64,000 bases of DNA, from the NCBI GenBank assembly GCA_050248855.1, contig JBFWRP010000004.1, positions 96,001 to 160,000 of the forward strand, written 5' to 3'. Origin of the DNA: Planctomycetota bacterium (lineage in GTDB: Bacteria; Planctomycetota; PLA2; JAEUHO01). Both the position numbers and the translations under genes were made by a program. This document shows, one piece after another, positions 12,826 to 22,484 of this stretch (position 1 is its first letter; the number at the start of each line of letters is the position of its first letter). The notes beneath the pieces are model-generated. The model was not told the origin of the DNA. It made no database searches and worked only from the letters and a program-made list of their open reading frames with translations.

Positions 12826-14805
12826 TCAGGCGTCGGACCGGCGCCGTGACACGCCGCGGGAGAGGGCGAGGTCCAGCACCAACAGCAGCGCACCCAATGC
12901 CAGGAACCGCGTGCGCCAGCGTTCGACGGGGGGCGTCGTGCGCGCGGCGGGTGGGGGCAGGGCGCCGAGGGGCACGCCCGGTGCGATCGAGCGACCCGCG
13001 TCGTCCGGCAGGACGCCCACGCGCCACGCGCCGGCGTCCTCGCCCGCGGCGCGCAGCTCGAGGAGGCCCGCCGCCTCCCGGGGCACGTTCAACGTGGTGC
13101 CCTCCGGGGCCACGCGGGGGCCACGCGTCACGCCCGCCGAGAGCGGTTCCAGGACGGCATCGCGCGCAAAGCCCGACCACGCCAGCTCGAACGGCCCGCC
13201 CGCTGCCAACGGTGCCGACGGACGGAGCGGGGCGCCGGCCCGGACCAGGGGCGGGAACGGTCGCGCGGGCGCCACCACGAGGCGCTCTACGGCCGCGCGC
13301 ACGAGCAGGGGCAGGTCGGCCTGCAGCGGCAAGGCGCTGCGCTCGGGGTCCAGGCCCAGCGCCACGTAACGCACGCGACCGCGCACGCCCTCGGCCAGCA
13401 CCGCATGACCGCCGGCAAAGGCCAAGGGAACGAGTCCCTCGCCCCGCAGCGCGCGCCCGGTCAAGGCGCGGGCTGCGCCGAAGGCGCGCTCGGGCACGAG
13501 AGGATGACCCGACACCGTGCGCCAGACGAGCGGCTCGACCAGCTCGGGCCCGAGCTCGAACGGCAAGTCGCCTGCGAGCGGCCCGAGGAAGATCCACGCG
13601 CCGCTCTGCAGGACGCCCTCGGGCAAGGCCACGCCGTCCACCAGCACGACGTCGTGGCGCGGCGGCCCCTCCTCGCCGCCGAAGACGCGGGCGAGGTCGC
13701 GCACGGCGACGATGCCGCTGGCCTCGACGTCGACGTCGGGTCCGAGCGCGTCGACGACGGCTTGCGTGTAGGGGCGCACGCGGCCGCCGTGGACGAGGAG
13801 GACCGAGGGCTTGGGCGCGGACGCCAGCACGGCGCGCAGCTCGTCGTTGGCGCCCCACGCGTCCTGCCCGAGCAGCTCGGCCACCACGAGGCTGCTCGAC
13901 CGGGGCTGCGGGAAGCGCGCGGAGACCGTCGCCGTGGAGCGGGCCGCCAGGGCGACCTCCCGCTCGTGCACCACGAGGCTGCCGACGCGCAGACGCAGCG
14001 TGCGACGCGTGGGCACGACGTCGACGCTCGCGAGGACGACCGTCGCGTCCACGGCGCCGTCGTCCGCGTCGACCAGTTGCAGGTCCACGACGCCCTGGTC
14101 GGCGCGCGTGCCCCCGAGGCCGTGCCGCACGACCGCGACGTCGGGCGGGACCTCCACGCTGCCGCTCGCGCGCGCAGAGATCACGACGACGCGGCCCCCC
14201 CCACGCTCGTGCACGGCCGCAGCCGCGCGCGCCACGACGACGTCGAGGTCCACGAGGGCTGCCGAGGGGCCCGCCGCACCACCTCGGACGCCCTCGAGCA
14301 GGGCCACCGGGTCGGTGGTGAAGGGCGCCAGCACCTCCACGGTGCGCGCGGCGCGCCAGACGGCCGCCGGCGCGAGGAGTCCGTCCGCGCCGTACGCCAG
14401 GGACCGCAGCCAGGCGCGGAGCGCCGTGTCCGCGTGGGCCGCGCGCGTCCGTCCGTCGGGCTCGACGGCGCTCGTCGTGCGGTCGGCATCCACGACGAAC
14501 AGCGTGGTGCGGCCTGCGGCGCTTGGCCCGGCCGGCGCGAGCCCGGCCAGGGCCGCGGTCCAGGCGGCCAAGGCACCGAGCCGCGCCGCGAGGGCCAGTC
14601 GGTCTCGCACGCGACGGAAGCGCGCACTCTTGTCGACGGGGGCCAGGCCCTCGAGCACGAGGCGCAGCGAGGCGACACGCATGCGGCGGCGCCGCTTGAG
14701 GTGCAGGTGGAGCACCACGAGCGGAACCGCCAGGAGCAGCGCGAAGAGGGCGCGCGGCTCCCCCACCGTCCACGCGGCCAGCGGGGCGAGGGCGTCGGTG
14801 CTCAT
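12826..14805 (-). CDS. BatA-domain / VWA-like membrane protein
   Basis: N-terminal EPRALFALLLAVPLVVLHL...VASLRL resembles BatA. VWA-like segment (FVVDADRTT, degenerate MIDAS) and a C-terminal TM helix. ATGA overlap with the DUF58 gene. Confidence 0.75.
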   Translation of the reverse strand: MSTDALAPLAAWTVGEPRALFALLLAVPLVVLHLHLKRRRRMRVASLRLVLEGLAPVDKSARFRRVRDRLALAARLGALAAWTAALAGLAPAGPSAAGRTTLFVVDADRTTSAVEPDGRTRAAHADTALRAWLRSLAYGADGLLAPAAVWRAARTVEVLAPFTTDPVALLEGVRGGAAGPSAALVDLDVVVARAAAAVHERGGGRVVVISARASGSVEVPPDVAVVRHGLGGTRADQGVVDLQLVDADDGAVDATVVLASVDVVPTRRTLRLRVGSLVVHEREVALAARSTATVSARFPQPRSSSLVVAELLGQDAWGANDELRAVLASAPKPSVLLVHGGRVRPYTQAVVDALGPDVDVEASGIVAVRDLARVFGGEEGPPRHDVVLVDGVALPEGVLQSGAWIFLGPLAGDLPFELGPELVEPLVWRTVSGHPLVPERAFGAARALTGRALRGEGLVPLAFAGGHAVLAEGVRGRVRYVALGLDPERSALPLQADLPLLVRAAVERLVVAPARPFPPLVRAGAPLRPSAPLAAGGPFELAWSGFARDAVLEPLSAGVTRGPRVAPEGTTLNVPREAAGLLELRAAGEDAGAWRVGVLPDDAGRSIAPGVPLGALPPPAARTTPPVERWRTRFLALGALLLVLDLALSRGVSRRRSDA

Positions 14806-15686
14806 CGGGCCGGCCTGCCCCAGCCCACGCCCAGCAAGCGCGGCAAGACCTCCCAGACCGGCGTGCGCGCATCGACGCGCAGGTAGCGCACGCCGCGGCC
14901 CACGCACCACGCCTCGAGACGCCGCGCCCGACGCCGCCACGCCGACCGCACGGAGGCCTGGAGCTCCTCGGTCACGTCCACCTTGCGCGTGGCCCCCGTC
15001 TCGGCGTCTTCGCAGAGCAGCGCCTGCCCCAGCGGCAAGTCGACGTCGGCCGCGTCCACGACGTGCACGACCACGACATCCAGGCCGCGGGCGCGCAACA
15101 GCGCGATGCCGTCCACGCCGGCCCGCGCGTCGTGGAAGTCGGAGAGCACGACCGAGAGCGTCCGACGCCGCCGTCCCACGAGCGCGCGCGCCAAGTCCCC
15201 GGCCAGGTCCGTGCGGCCGCCGAGCGGCGCCGTCGCCACCTCGTCGAGCCAGCGCCCCGCCGCACCGCGGCCGGGGAACAACGCCGTGGCGCCGTCCGCC
15301 GTGGCGGGCAGCCAGGCGAGACGTACCCGGTCCAGCTGCGCGAGCGTCACGTAGCCGAGCGCGCCCGCCAGGCGCCGTGCGGCGAACGACTTGGGCCCCT
15401 CCATGGACGGGCTGCGATCCAGGGCGACCAGGAGCTCCATCGCCTCCTCGGCTTCGAAGCGCTTGACCACGAGGTCGCCCAGGCGCGCATAGACGTTCCA
15501 GTCGACGTAGCGCAAGTCGTCGCCCGGCGCGTAGTCGCGGTGGTCGGCGAACAGGCCGCTCGCTCCGAAGCGACGGCTCTGCCAATCCCCGGCCAGCGGT
15601 ACGCCATGGGGCTTGGCAGGCTTCAACCGCAAGTTCTCCAGCCGCCGGCGCTCGGCGTCGGTGAACAGCGGAGCCGGCGCCGTCAC
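14802..15686 (-). CDS. DUF58 domain protein (VWA-related, usual MoxR partner)
   Basis: FADHRDYAPGDDLRYVDWNVYARL, LDRSPSM, VVLSDF and DAETG motifs. Confidence 0.92.
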   Translation of the reverse strand: MTAPAPLFTDAERRRLENLRLKPAKPHGVPLAGDWQSRRFGASGLFADHRDYAPGDDLRYVDWNVYARLGDLVVKRFEAEEAMELLVALDRSPSMEGPKSFAARRLAGALGYVTLAQLDRVRLAWLPATADGATALFPGRGAAGRWLDEVATAPLGGRTDLAGDLARALVGRRRRTLSVVLSDFHDARAGVDGIALLRARGLDVVVVHVVDAADVDLPLGQALLCEDAETGATRKVDVTEELQASVRSAWRRRARRLEAWCVGRGVRYLRVDARTPVWEVLPRLLGVGWGRPAR

Positions 15687-16972
15687 CGCCCCGCCTCGCT
15701 GCGACGCAGCCGCCTACGGAGCGCATCGAAGTAGCGCACGAGGAAGGCGCGCTCGTCCGGCGCGAGCCGCTCGCGCGCCAGCGCTTCCTCGGCGGAGCGC
15801 TCCAGCTCGGGCAAGGCCTGGTCCAAGGGTCGATACTGCGGCGCTTGCGTACCGGCGTCCGGATCGCGCACCGCGACCACGGCGTCCTCCTTCTGCATGG
15901 CCTCGGCGTCCGCGGTGAACGGCTCCACGACCTCGATGCGCGACGGAGGCTTGGGCTCGGGAGGCGGCGGCGGCTCCTCGCCCGTCTCGGGCGTCGGTTC
16001 CGGCGGCGGGGGTTCCGGAGGCGGCTCGGGCGGCGGCTCGTCGGCGCCCCCTCCGCCCCCGCCTGCGCCCTCGTGCACCTCGATCCATGCGCGGCCCACG
16101 AGCACCGGGTTGGCGACGAAGCGCGGTGCGCCCGGCACGGGCTCGACGAAGAGGTCCAAGCGGTGCTTGCCCGGGGTGACGCGCTCGCGCAGGCCGGGCA
16201 CGTCGTCGAAGCGGACGTCCAACGGCAGGTCCAGCGCACGGCCGGGCTGCAGGAGCACGTCTTGGAGCACGAAGGGGCCGGCCTCGTCCCACGTCATCGC
16301 GAGGCGCGCCGAGACGGGAGCCGGGCGGCCGCTGCGGTCGCGCACGCCCAGGTCCGGCACGACGAAGGGGAACCGCAGTCGCATGCGCACGCCCGGCGCG
16401 TCCACGCCGAGGCGGAGCGGCGTCGCCGGGTCCAGGCGCGGCGTGCGACGGCTGACGGCGTCCGCGTCCAGCACCGGTGCGTCCTGCGCGATGGGACCGT
16501 ACGCCGCGGCGCCGCGCGCCAACAGGTCCACGAGGGCCTCGCGCGAGGCGCGCCCCGGCGCTGCGGTCCAGCCCACCGCTTGCGCCAGGACACGCCCCTG
16601 CGGGTCGATCACGACATGCGTGGGGCTCTCGGCCAGCACGGCCTCCGTGGGCAGGAACTTGAGCGTGAGCGCGCACGCGAAGAGACGGCTGGCCGCGACG
16701 ACCTCGGGATGGCGGTAGAGGTCGAGCCACGGGCCCAGCGCATGGGGCCATGTGGCCTCGCCCGTCGCCGGACGGGCGTGCAGCGCGATCCAGAGGGGAC
16801 GACCGGCGTCGCGTGCCGCGGCGAGCGCATGCTCCACCTGGGCGAACCAGGCGACGCCGTCGGTGCGCGGGGACGCCGCATCGTCCTCGGCGCGGACCTC
16901 CGTGGGTGCGCCGGGCCACGCGCCGAGCAGGGCGACCAGCACGACGAGCCGCGTCCATCGACGGCGCCTCAC
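15683..16972 (-). CDS. Hypothetical exported protein with CxxC-less thioredoxin-like domain, Pro-rich linker and C-terminal helical motif
   Basis: GTG 16972 (GTGA overlap). Signal peptide-like RRRRWTRLVVLVALLG...AE. Segments GVAWFAQVEHALAAARDAGRPLWI and PTHVVIDPQGRVL. C-terminus AEEALARERLAPDERAFLVRYFDAL. Confidence 0.65.
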   Translation of the reverse strand: MRRRRWTRLVVLVALLGAWPGAPTEVRAEDDAASPRTDGVAWFAQVEHALAAARDAGRPLWIALHARPATGEATWPHALGPWLDLYRHPEVVAASRLFACALTLKFLPTEAVLAESPTHVVIDPQGRVLAQAVGWTAAPGRASREALVDLLARGAAAYGPIAQDAPVLDADAVSRRTPRLDPATPLRLGVDAPGVRMRLRFPFVVPDLGVRDRSGRPAPVSARLAMTWDEAGPFVLQDVLLQPGRALDLPLDVRFDDVPGLRERVTPGKHRLDLFVEPVPGAPRFVANPVLVGRAWIEVHEGAGGGGGGADEPPPEPPPEPPPPEPTPETGEEPPPPPEPKPPSRIEVVEPFTADAEAMQKEDAVVAVRDPDAGTQAPQYRPLDQALPELERSAEEALARERLAPDERAFLVRYFDALRRRLRRSEAGR

Positions 16973-17652
16973 CGCGGCACGCTCCGCGGGGCATCGTCCG
17001 CAGGCAGGGCCTCGACGGGCAGCGGGTCGACCGCGAACCAGCGGAGCCAAAGCTCGGTGTCGAAGCGACCGCGGCCCGTGGTGGGATCGCCGTCGGGGGC
17101 GGCCAGACCCGTCTCGTCGCCGCGACCGATCCCGCGCTCGCCGAACAGGCCGTCCACACCGGGCGCCAGCAGCAGGAACGCGAAGAGCAGGGCCAGCAGC
17201 CGCCGCGGCCAGCGCATGCGGTCGGGCCCCCGACCGTTCGCGCCAGGAGGCGCCGCCGCCGCGAGCAGGCTCGCGGCCTGGCTCCCGAGCGCGCGGTCCA
17301 CGCGGGTGCGCGGTGGGTCCACGTCCAGGGCGGTCGACGCCTGGTCCTTCAGGTCCAGCTGGTCGTCCAGCCGTCGCGCGAGGGCGGCGAGGTCGCGCCG
17401 CCCGGCGCCCAACGCCAGCAGGCGCAGGGGCCACGCGAGCAGCAGCAGACCCGCGGCGACGGCCAACGTGGGCACGACGTGGCCTTCGAGCGACGAGAGC
17501 AGCGGCAAGGGGCGCAGCGCGCGGTTCGTGAAGGCCAGCACGCAAGCCGCCACCAGCACGAGGAGATGCACGACCCGCTGACGTCGGCTGCCGCGGCGCA
17601 GCGCCATGCCGCGTCCGAGGCGGCCAAGCTGGGACGTGAGGGGCGAGGCCAC
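16969..17652 (-). CDS. Hypothetical membrane protein
   Basis: Three hydrophobic segments and the motif ARRLDDQLDLKDQASTAL. Start uncertain (GTG 17652 or ATG 17607). Confidence 0.6.
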   Translation of the reverse strand: MASPLTSQLGRLGRGMALRRGSRRQRVVHLLVLVAACVLAFTNRALRPLPLLSSLEGHVVPTLAVAAGLLLLAWPLRLLALGAGRRDLAALARRLDDQLDLKDQASTALDVDPPRTRVDRALGSQAASLLAAAAPPGANGRGPDRMRWPRRLLALLFAFLLLAPGVDGLFGERGIGRGDETGLAAPDGDPTTGRGRFDTELWLRWFAVDPLPVEALPADDAPRSVPR

Positions 17653-17776
17653 GCGCTGGGTTCCCGGGGTCGGAAGGCCGGTCAGCCTACCCCGGGGCCA
17701 ACCGCCTCCCGGCGTGGTGACGAAACGGCGACCCACGTCGAGGCCCCCGTGGCCAGGTCACGGTAGGTTTGGGCCC

Positions 17777-18397
17777 ATGGACCAAGCCGAGCGGCAGATC
17801 ATCGCCTGGCTGTGCATCCTCGTGGGCTCGTACTTCATGGCCAAGAGCGCCGTGAGCCGACGCGACCGCGGCCAGATGCGCGAGCTGCTCGGCCTTCCGC
17901 TCGACAAGGTCAGGCGCTTCCGCGACTTCTTCGTCCAGCGCTTGGAGCGCATGGTCGGCTTCACGTTCGTGCTGATCGGCGTGGCCATCCACCTCTACGT
18001 GGTCGTGCGCCATCACCAGCGCGCCACCGGAGCCAGCAACCCCCAGGCGGCGCTCGCCCACATCAGCACGTACCTCGCCATCGCCATCGGCGCGATGTTC
18101 GTGATCACGGCGGCGATGCACTACATCTGCTCGTACTTCGCGCGGAAGATCTTCCTCGACATCCTCGGCTACCTGATGGTCCGGCAGCGCTACCGGCTCG
18201 GCGACGACCCCCGGCTCATGAAGCAGATCGGGGAGATGCTCGGCGTCGACCACGAAGACGCGGACACGGTCGAGTCCTACACGAAGCGCATCGAGGACGC
18301 GCTCAAGCTGGACACGATCCGTGCGGACCTGCTGCGTCAGGGCAAGCTGCCCGATCTCGACGCCCCGGGCGTGACGCGCGAGCCCCCCGTGCGGTAG
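17777..18397 (+). CDS. Hypothetical membrane protein
   Basis: Three TM segments and strong GC3 bias. ATG 17777 is preceded by TAGGTT-N7. Confidence 0.75.
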   Translation: MDQAERQIIAWLCILVGSYFMAKSAVSRRDRGQMRELLGLPLDKVRRFRDFFVQRLERMVGFTFVLIGVAIHLYVVVRHHQRATGASNPQAALAHISTYLAIAIGAMFVITAAMHYICSYFARKIFLDILGYLMVRQRYRLGDDPRLMKQIGEMLGVDHEDADTVESYTKRIEDALKLDTIRADLLRQGKLPDLDAPGVTREPPVR

Positions 18398-18464
18398 CGA
18401 GCCGTCGGGCCCAGGCTCGGCCCTCGGCGGGCGGCGCGTAGGATGCGCCCCCGAGGAATCTCCG

Positions 18465-20921
18465 ATGCTCGACGAGCCCTACGAACCCAAGACGATCGAC
18501 GCCTTCGCCCAGGATCTCTGGGACCGCGAAGGCGTCTACCGCTTCGACCCCGAGGCCCCGGGCGAGGTGTTCGGCGTCGACACGCCGCCGCCCACCGTGT
18601 CGGGCTCCCTCCACGTGGGCCACGTGTTCTCCTACACGCAGGCCGAGTGCATCGTCCGCTTCCAGCGCATGCGCGGCCGCAACGTGTTCTACCCGTTCGG
18701 CTTCGACGACAACGGCCTGCCCACGGAGCGTCTGGCGGAGAAGGAACACGGCGTGCTCGGCCGCGAGCTGCCGCGCGAGGAGTTCGTGCGCCTCTGCCGG
18801 GAGACGGCGGCCCGCTACGAGGCCGAGTTCGAAGCGCTCTGGCGAAGCCTCGGCATCTCCGCCGACTGGTCGCTGCGCTACGGCACCATCGACGAGCGCT
18901 GCATCCGCATCAGCCAACGCGGCTTCCTCGACCTGCTCGACAAGGACCAGGCCTACCTCAAGACGAGCCCGACGCTCTGGGACACCGAGACGCAGACGGC
19001 CGTGGCCCAGGCCGAGCTCGACGACAAGCCGCAGCAGACCACGATGAACCGCCTGCGCTTCGACCTCGTGGACGGCGGCGCGGTCGAGATCGCCACCACG
19101 CGGCCCGAGCTGCTCGCGGCCTGTGTGGCGATGTTCGTGCATCCGAGCCATGCCCGCGCGAAGGAGCTGATCGGCCAGAGGGCGCGCGTGCCGCTGTTCG
19201 GCCACGAGGTGCTGATCCGCGCCGACGACAAGGTGGACCCGGAGAAGGGCACCGGCATCGTGATGTGCTGCACGTTCGGCGACAAGACCGACGTGGAGTG
19301 GTTCCAGAAGCACGGTCTGGAGCTGCGTCAGGCCATCGGGCGCGACGGCCGCATGACGGCGCTCGCCGGCCCCGAGGAAGGCCTGTTCGTGAAGCAGGCC
19401 CGGCGCGCCGTCCTGGAGCGCTTGGCGGCCGCCGGCCACGTGGTGGCCCAGGAGGCGATCGAGAACGTGGTCAAGGTGTCCGAGCGCACGGGCCGCGAGA
19501 TCGAGTTCCTCCCCACGCGCCAGTGGTTCGTCAAGGTGCTCGACAAGAAGGACGCGCTCGTCGAGCTGGGCGCCCGCATCCGCTGGTTCCCCGACCACAT
19601 GGGCAAGCGTTACCGCAACTGGGTGGAAGGCCTGGAGTGGGACTGGTGCATCTCGCGCCAGCGGTTCTTCGGGGTGCCCTTCCCGGTCTGGTTCTGCGCC
19701 GACTGCGGCCACGTGTTCCGGGCGCCGGAGTCCTGGCTGCCGGTGCTCGACCACGACAACCACCGCGTCGAGGAGACCTGCCCTTCGTGCGGCGGCACCA
19801 CGTGGGAGCCCGAACGCGACGTGATGGACACCTGGGCGACGTCCAGCGAGACGCCGTCCATCAACCACCGCTGGGGCGAAGGCGGGGACGAGCGACGCGC
19901 GCCGCTCCCCATGGCGCTCCGACCGCAGGCCCACGACATCATCCGTACGTGGGCCTTCTACACGATCGTCAAGTCGTGGGCCCACTTCGCGGACGTCCCC
20001 TGGCGCGACGTGATGGTGTCGGGCCACGTGCAGACGGCCAAGCGCGAGAAGATCAGCAAGAGCAAGTCCAACGCGCCTACCGACCCGCGCGAGATGATCG
20101 GCGCCCACGGCGCCGACGCCGTGCGCTACTGGGCCCTGTCGGCGACGCTCGGCAGCGACTACCAGTACAGCGAGGACGACCTGAAGCAGGGGCGTCGCCT
20201 CGGCGTCAAGCTGTGGAACGCCTCGCGCCTGGCGCGCCAGCACCTGGCCGACTTCGACCCGCGCGCCGAGCGGCCCGAAGACACGCCGATCGACGCATGG
20301 GTGCGCGGGCGACTCGCCGAGACGGTGCGCATCGCCACCGACCACCTCGAGCGCTACGAGTTCGGCTTGGCCAAGGGCGACGTGGAGCGGTTCTTCTGGG
20401 GCGAGCTCTGCGACAACTACCTGGAGATGATCAAGACGCGCCTCCACGGCGGCGAGAGCCCCGAGGCGAAGGCGGCCCGTCGGTCGGCGCAGGCCGGTCT
20501 GTACGACGTGCTGTCCGCCGTGCTGCGCCTGCTCTCGCCCTACGTGCCCCACGTCTGCGAGGTGATCTGGCAGGAGCTGTTCCGCGACCGCGAGGGCGTA
20601 GTCTCCGTGACGGTGGCCCCCTGGCCCACGCCGATGCCCCCCGCCGATGCCGAGGCGGCCGAGGCCGACGGCGAGGCCGCCGTGGCCGCTCTCACGGCCG
20701 TCCGCCGCTGGCGCACGGAACGCAAGGTGGGCGCCGGCAAGCCGCTGGTCGGCGCGCGTCTGGCCTTGGGCGCCGAGGTGGCCCCGCGCTTCGAACGGGT
20801 GCGCGAGGCCATCGTGGCCGCCGCGCGTCTGGAGGACCTCGAGGTGCGCACGGACGCGAGCCTGCCGCCGGCCGAAGCCCGCCTGGAAGCCGCCGAGGTC
20901 GCGACGCCACCCGCGTCGTGA
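18465..20921 (+). CDS. valS: Valine--tRNA ligase (type 2, archaeal-like architecture)
   Basis: DTPPPTVSGSLHVGH, GFDDNGLPTER, IATTRPELL, WDWCISRQR, DVMDTWATSS, RPQAHDIIRTW, KISKS. Confidence 0.95.
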   Translation: MLDEPYEPKTIDAFAQDLWDREGVYRFDPEAPGEVFGVDTPPPTVSGSLHVGHVFSYTQAECIVRFQRMRGRNVFYPFGFDDNGLPTERLAEKEHGVLGRELPREEFVRLCRETAARYEAEFEALWRSLGISADWSLRYGTIDERCIRISQRGFLDLLDKDQAYLKTSPTLWDTETQTAVAQAELDDKPQQTTMNRLRFDLVDGGAVEIATTRPELLAACVAMFVHPSHARAKELIGQRARVPLFGHEVLIRADDKVDPEKGTGIVMCCTFGDKTDVEWFQKHGLELRQAIGRDGRMTALAGPEEGLFVKQARRAVLERLAAAGHVVAQEAIENVVKVSERTGREIEFLPTRQWFVKVLDKKDALVELGARIRWFPDHMGKRYRNWVEGLEWDWCISRQRFFGVPFPVWFCADCGHVFRAPESWLPVLDHDNHRVEETCPSCGGTTWEPERDVMDTWATSSETPSINHRWGEGGDERRAPLPMALRPQAHDIIRTWAFYTIVKSWAHFADVPWRDVMVSGHVQTAKREKISKSKSNAPTDPREMIGAHGADAVRYWALSATLGSDYQYSEDDLKQGRRLGVKLWNASRLARQHLADFDPRAERPEDTPIDAWVRGRLAETVRIATDHLERYEFGLAKGDVERFFWGELCDNYLEMIKTRLHGGESPEAKAARRSAQAGLYDVLSAVLRLLSPYVPHVCEVIWQELFRDREGVVSVTVAPWPTPMPPADAEAAEADGEAAVAALTAVRRWRTERKVGAGKPLVGARLALGAEVAPRFERVREAIVAAARLEDLEVRTDASLPPAEARLEAAEVATPPAS

Positions 20922-21014
20922 ACGCACGCCCCGGCCCGCAGGGGGGGACGGGGGGAACGAGCCGTAGACTCCGCCTTCCGCCCGGTGGGCGGACGCGAGG
21001 AGCCACGCTGCCGC

Positions 21015-22481
21015 ATGTGCGGATTCATCGGACTCGTCGGCCCCGACCACGCGGCCGGTCCCCTGGCCGAGGCGCTCCTGGTGCTGCAACACCGCGGCCA
21101 GGACGCCGCGGGCATCACCACCTTCGACGGTGACCAGTTCCACACCCACCGGGGTGCGGGGATGGTGCGCGAGATCTTCCGGCCCGACGGCCTCAAGGCC
21201 CTGGCCGGCCCGATCGCCATCGGCCACACGCGCTACCCCACCGTGGGGAGCGGCACGGCGGACGACGCCCAGCCGCTCTACACGAACTCGCCGTTCGGCA
21301 TCGCGATGGCACACAACGGCAACGTGACCAACTTCCCCGAGCTCAAAGCCGAGCTCTGCGAGAAGGACGGTCGGCGGCTCGCCACGAGCTGCGACGTCGA
21401 AGCCATCCTCAACGCGTTCGCCGCCGCGCTGCTCGGCCAGCAGAGGGGCACGCCGTGGCCGGAGATGGCCTTCGCGGCCATGCGCGAGGTGTTCGCCCGT
21501 GTGCGCGGCTCGTACAGCGGCGTCGCCATCGTCGGCGGACGCGGTCTCGTCGCATTCCGGGACCCCTACGGCATCAAGCCGGCGGTGCTCGGCAAGCGCG
21601 TCGAGGGCACGCAGACCTGGTGGTGCGTGGCCAGCGAGAGCGCCGCCCTGACGGTGCTGGGCTTCGACATCGTGCGGGACCTCGACGCCGGCGAAGTCCT
21701 GCTGATCGACCCCGAGGGCGGGCTCCAGCACGAGGTCGTCGTACCGCGTGCGCACGTCCACCACCGCCCATGCGTCTTCGAGTTCATCTACTTCGCGCGC
21801 CCCGACAGCATCATGGACGAGATCAGCGTCTACAAGGCGCGGCTGCGCCTGGGCTCGGTGCTGGCCGAGCACGTCAAGCGGCGCGGCATCCTGCCCGACG
21901 TGGTCGTGCCCGTGCCGGACTCGGCGCGCCCGGCGGCGCTCGAGTGCGCGCGCGAGCTGGGCGTGCTGTACCGCGAGGGCCTGCTCAAGAACCGCTACGT
22001 CGGCCGCACCTTCATCATGGCGGGCCAGGGCAACCGGGCGAAGAACGTGCTCGCCAAGCTGACGCCCTTGCCCATGGAGCTCGAGGGCAAGAAGGTCCTG
22101 CTGGTCGACGACAGCGTCGTCCGCGGCACGACGACGCGCGCCGTCGTCGAGATGGTGCGCAAGGCGGGCGCCACCGAGGTCTACGTCGGCGTCGCCTCAC
22201 CCAAGATCAAGCACCCCTGCGTGTACGGCATCGACATGCAGACCAAGGACGAGTTCCTCGCACGGCGCGAGACGACCGACGAGGGCATCGCCAAGGCCCT
22301 CGCGGCCGACGCGATCGTGTACGTCCCCATCGAGGAGATGGTCGAGGCCGTGCGCGGCCCCACCACGCGCGTCACGTCCTTCTGCCGCGCGTGCATGGAT
22401 GGCGACTACCCCACGGGGGACGTCACCCCCGCGGTGCTCGAGAACATCGAGTCCGAGCGAAGCCGCGCCGCGCGCGTGTGA
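21015..22481 (+). CDS. purF: Amidophosphoribosyltransferase
   Basis: N-terminal MCG, LQHRGQDAAG, HTRYPT, AHNGN, CVFEFIYFARPDS, LVDDSVVRGTT, YGIDM, and C-x2-C near the C-terminus. Confidence 0.97.
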   Translation: MCGFIGLVGPDHAAGPLAEALLVLQHRGQDAAGITTFDGDQFHTHRGAGMVREIFRPDGLKALAGPIAIGHTRYPTVGSGTADDAQPLYTNSPFGIAMAHNGNVTNFPELKAELCEKDGRRLATSCDVEAILNAFAAALLGQQRGTPWPEMAFAAMREVFARVRGSYSGVAIVGGRGLVAFRDPYGIKPAVLGKRVEGTQTWWCVASESAALTVLGFDIVRDLDAGEVLLIDPEGGLQHEVVVPRAHVHHRPCVFEFIYFARPDSIMDEISVYKARLRLGSVLAEHVKRRGILPDVVVPVPDSARPAALECARELGVLYREGLLKNRYVGRTFIMAGQGNRAKNVLAKLTPLPMELEGKKVLLVDDSVVRGTTTRAVVEMVRKAGATEVYVGVASPKIKHPCVYGIDMQTKDEFLARRETTDEGIAKALAADAIVYVPIEEMVEAVRGPTTRVTSFCRACMDGDYPTGDVTPAVLENIESERSRAARV

Positions 22482-22484
22482 CGG

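Noticed and set aside
15950..16075. Repetitive GGCGGC-rich sequence
   Set aside because: Explained by the Gly and EPPP low-complexity linker of the protein.
20922..21014. Purine-related riboswitch or G-quadruplex before purF (G7-AC-G6 run, hairpin TCCGCCC/GGGCGGA)
   Set aside because: The leader after TAGACT is too short for a known aptamer, and the G-runs and short hairpin are unremarkable at this GC content.
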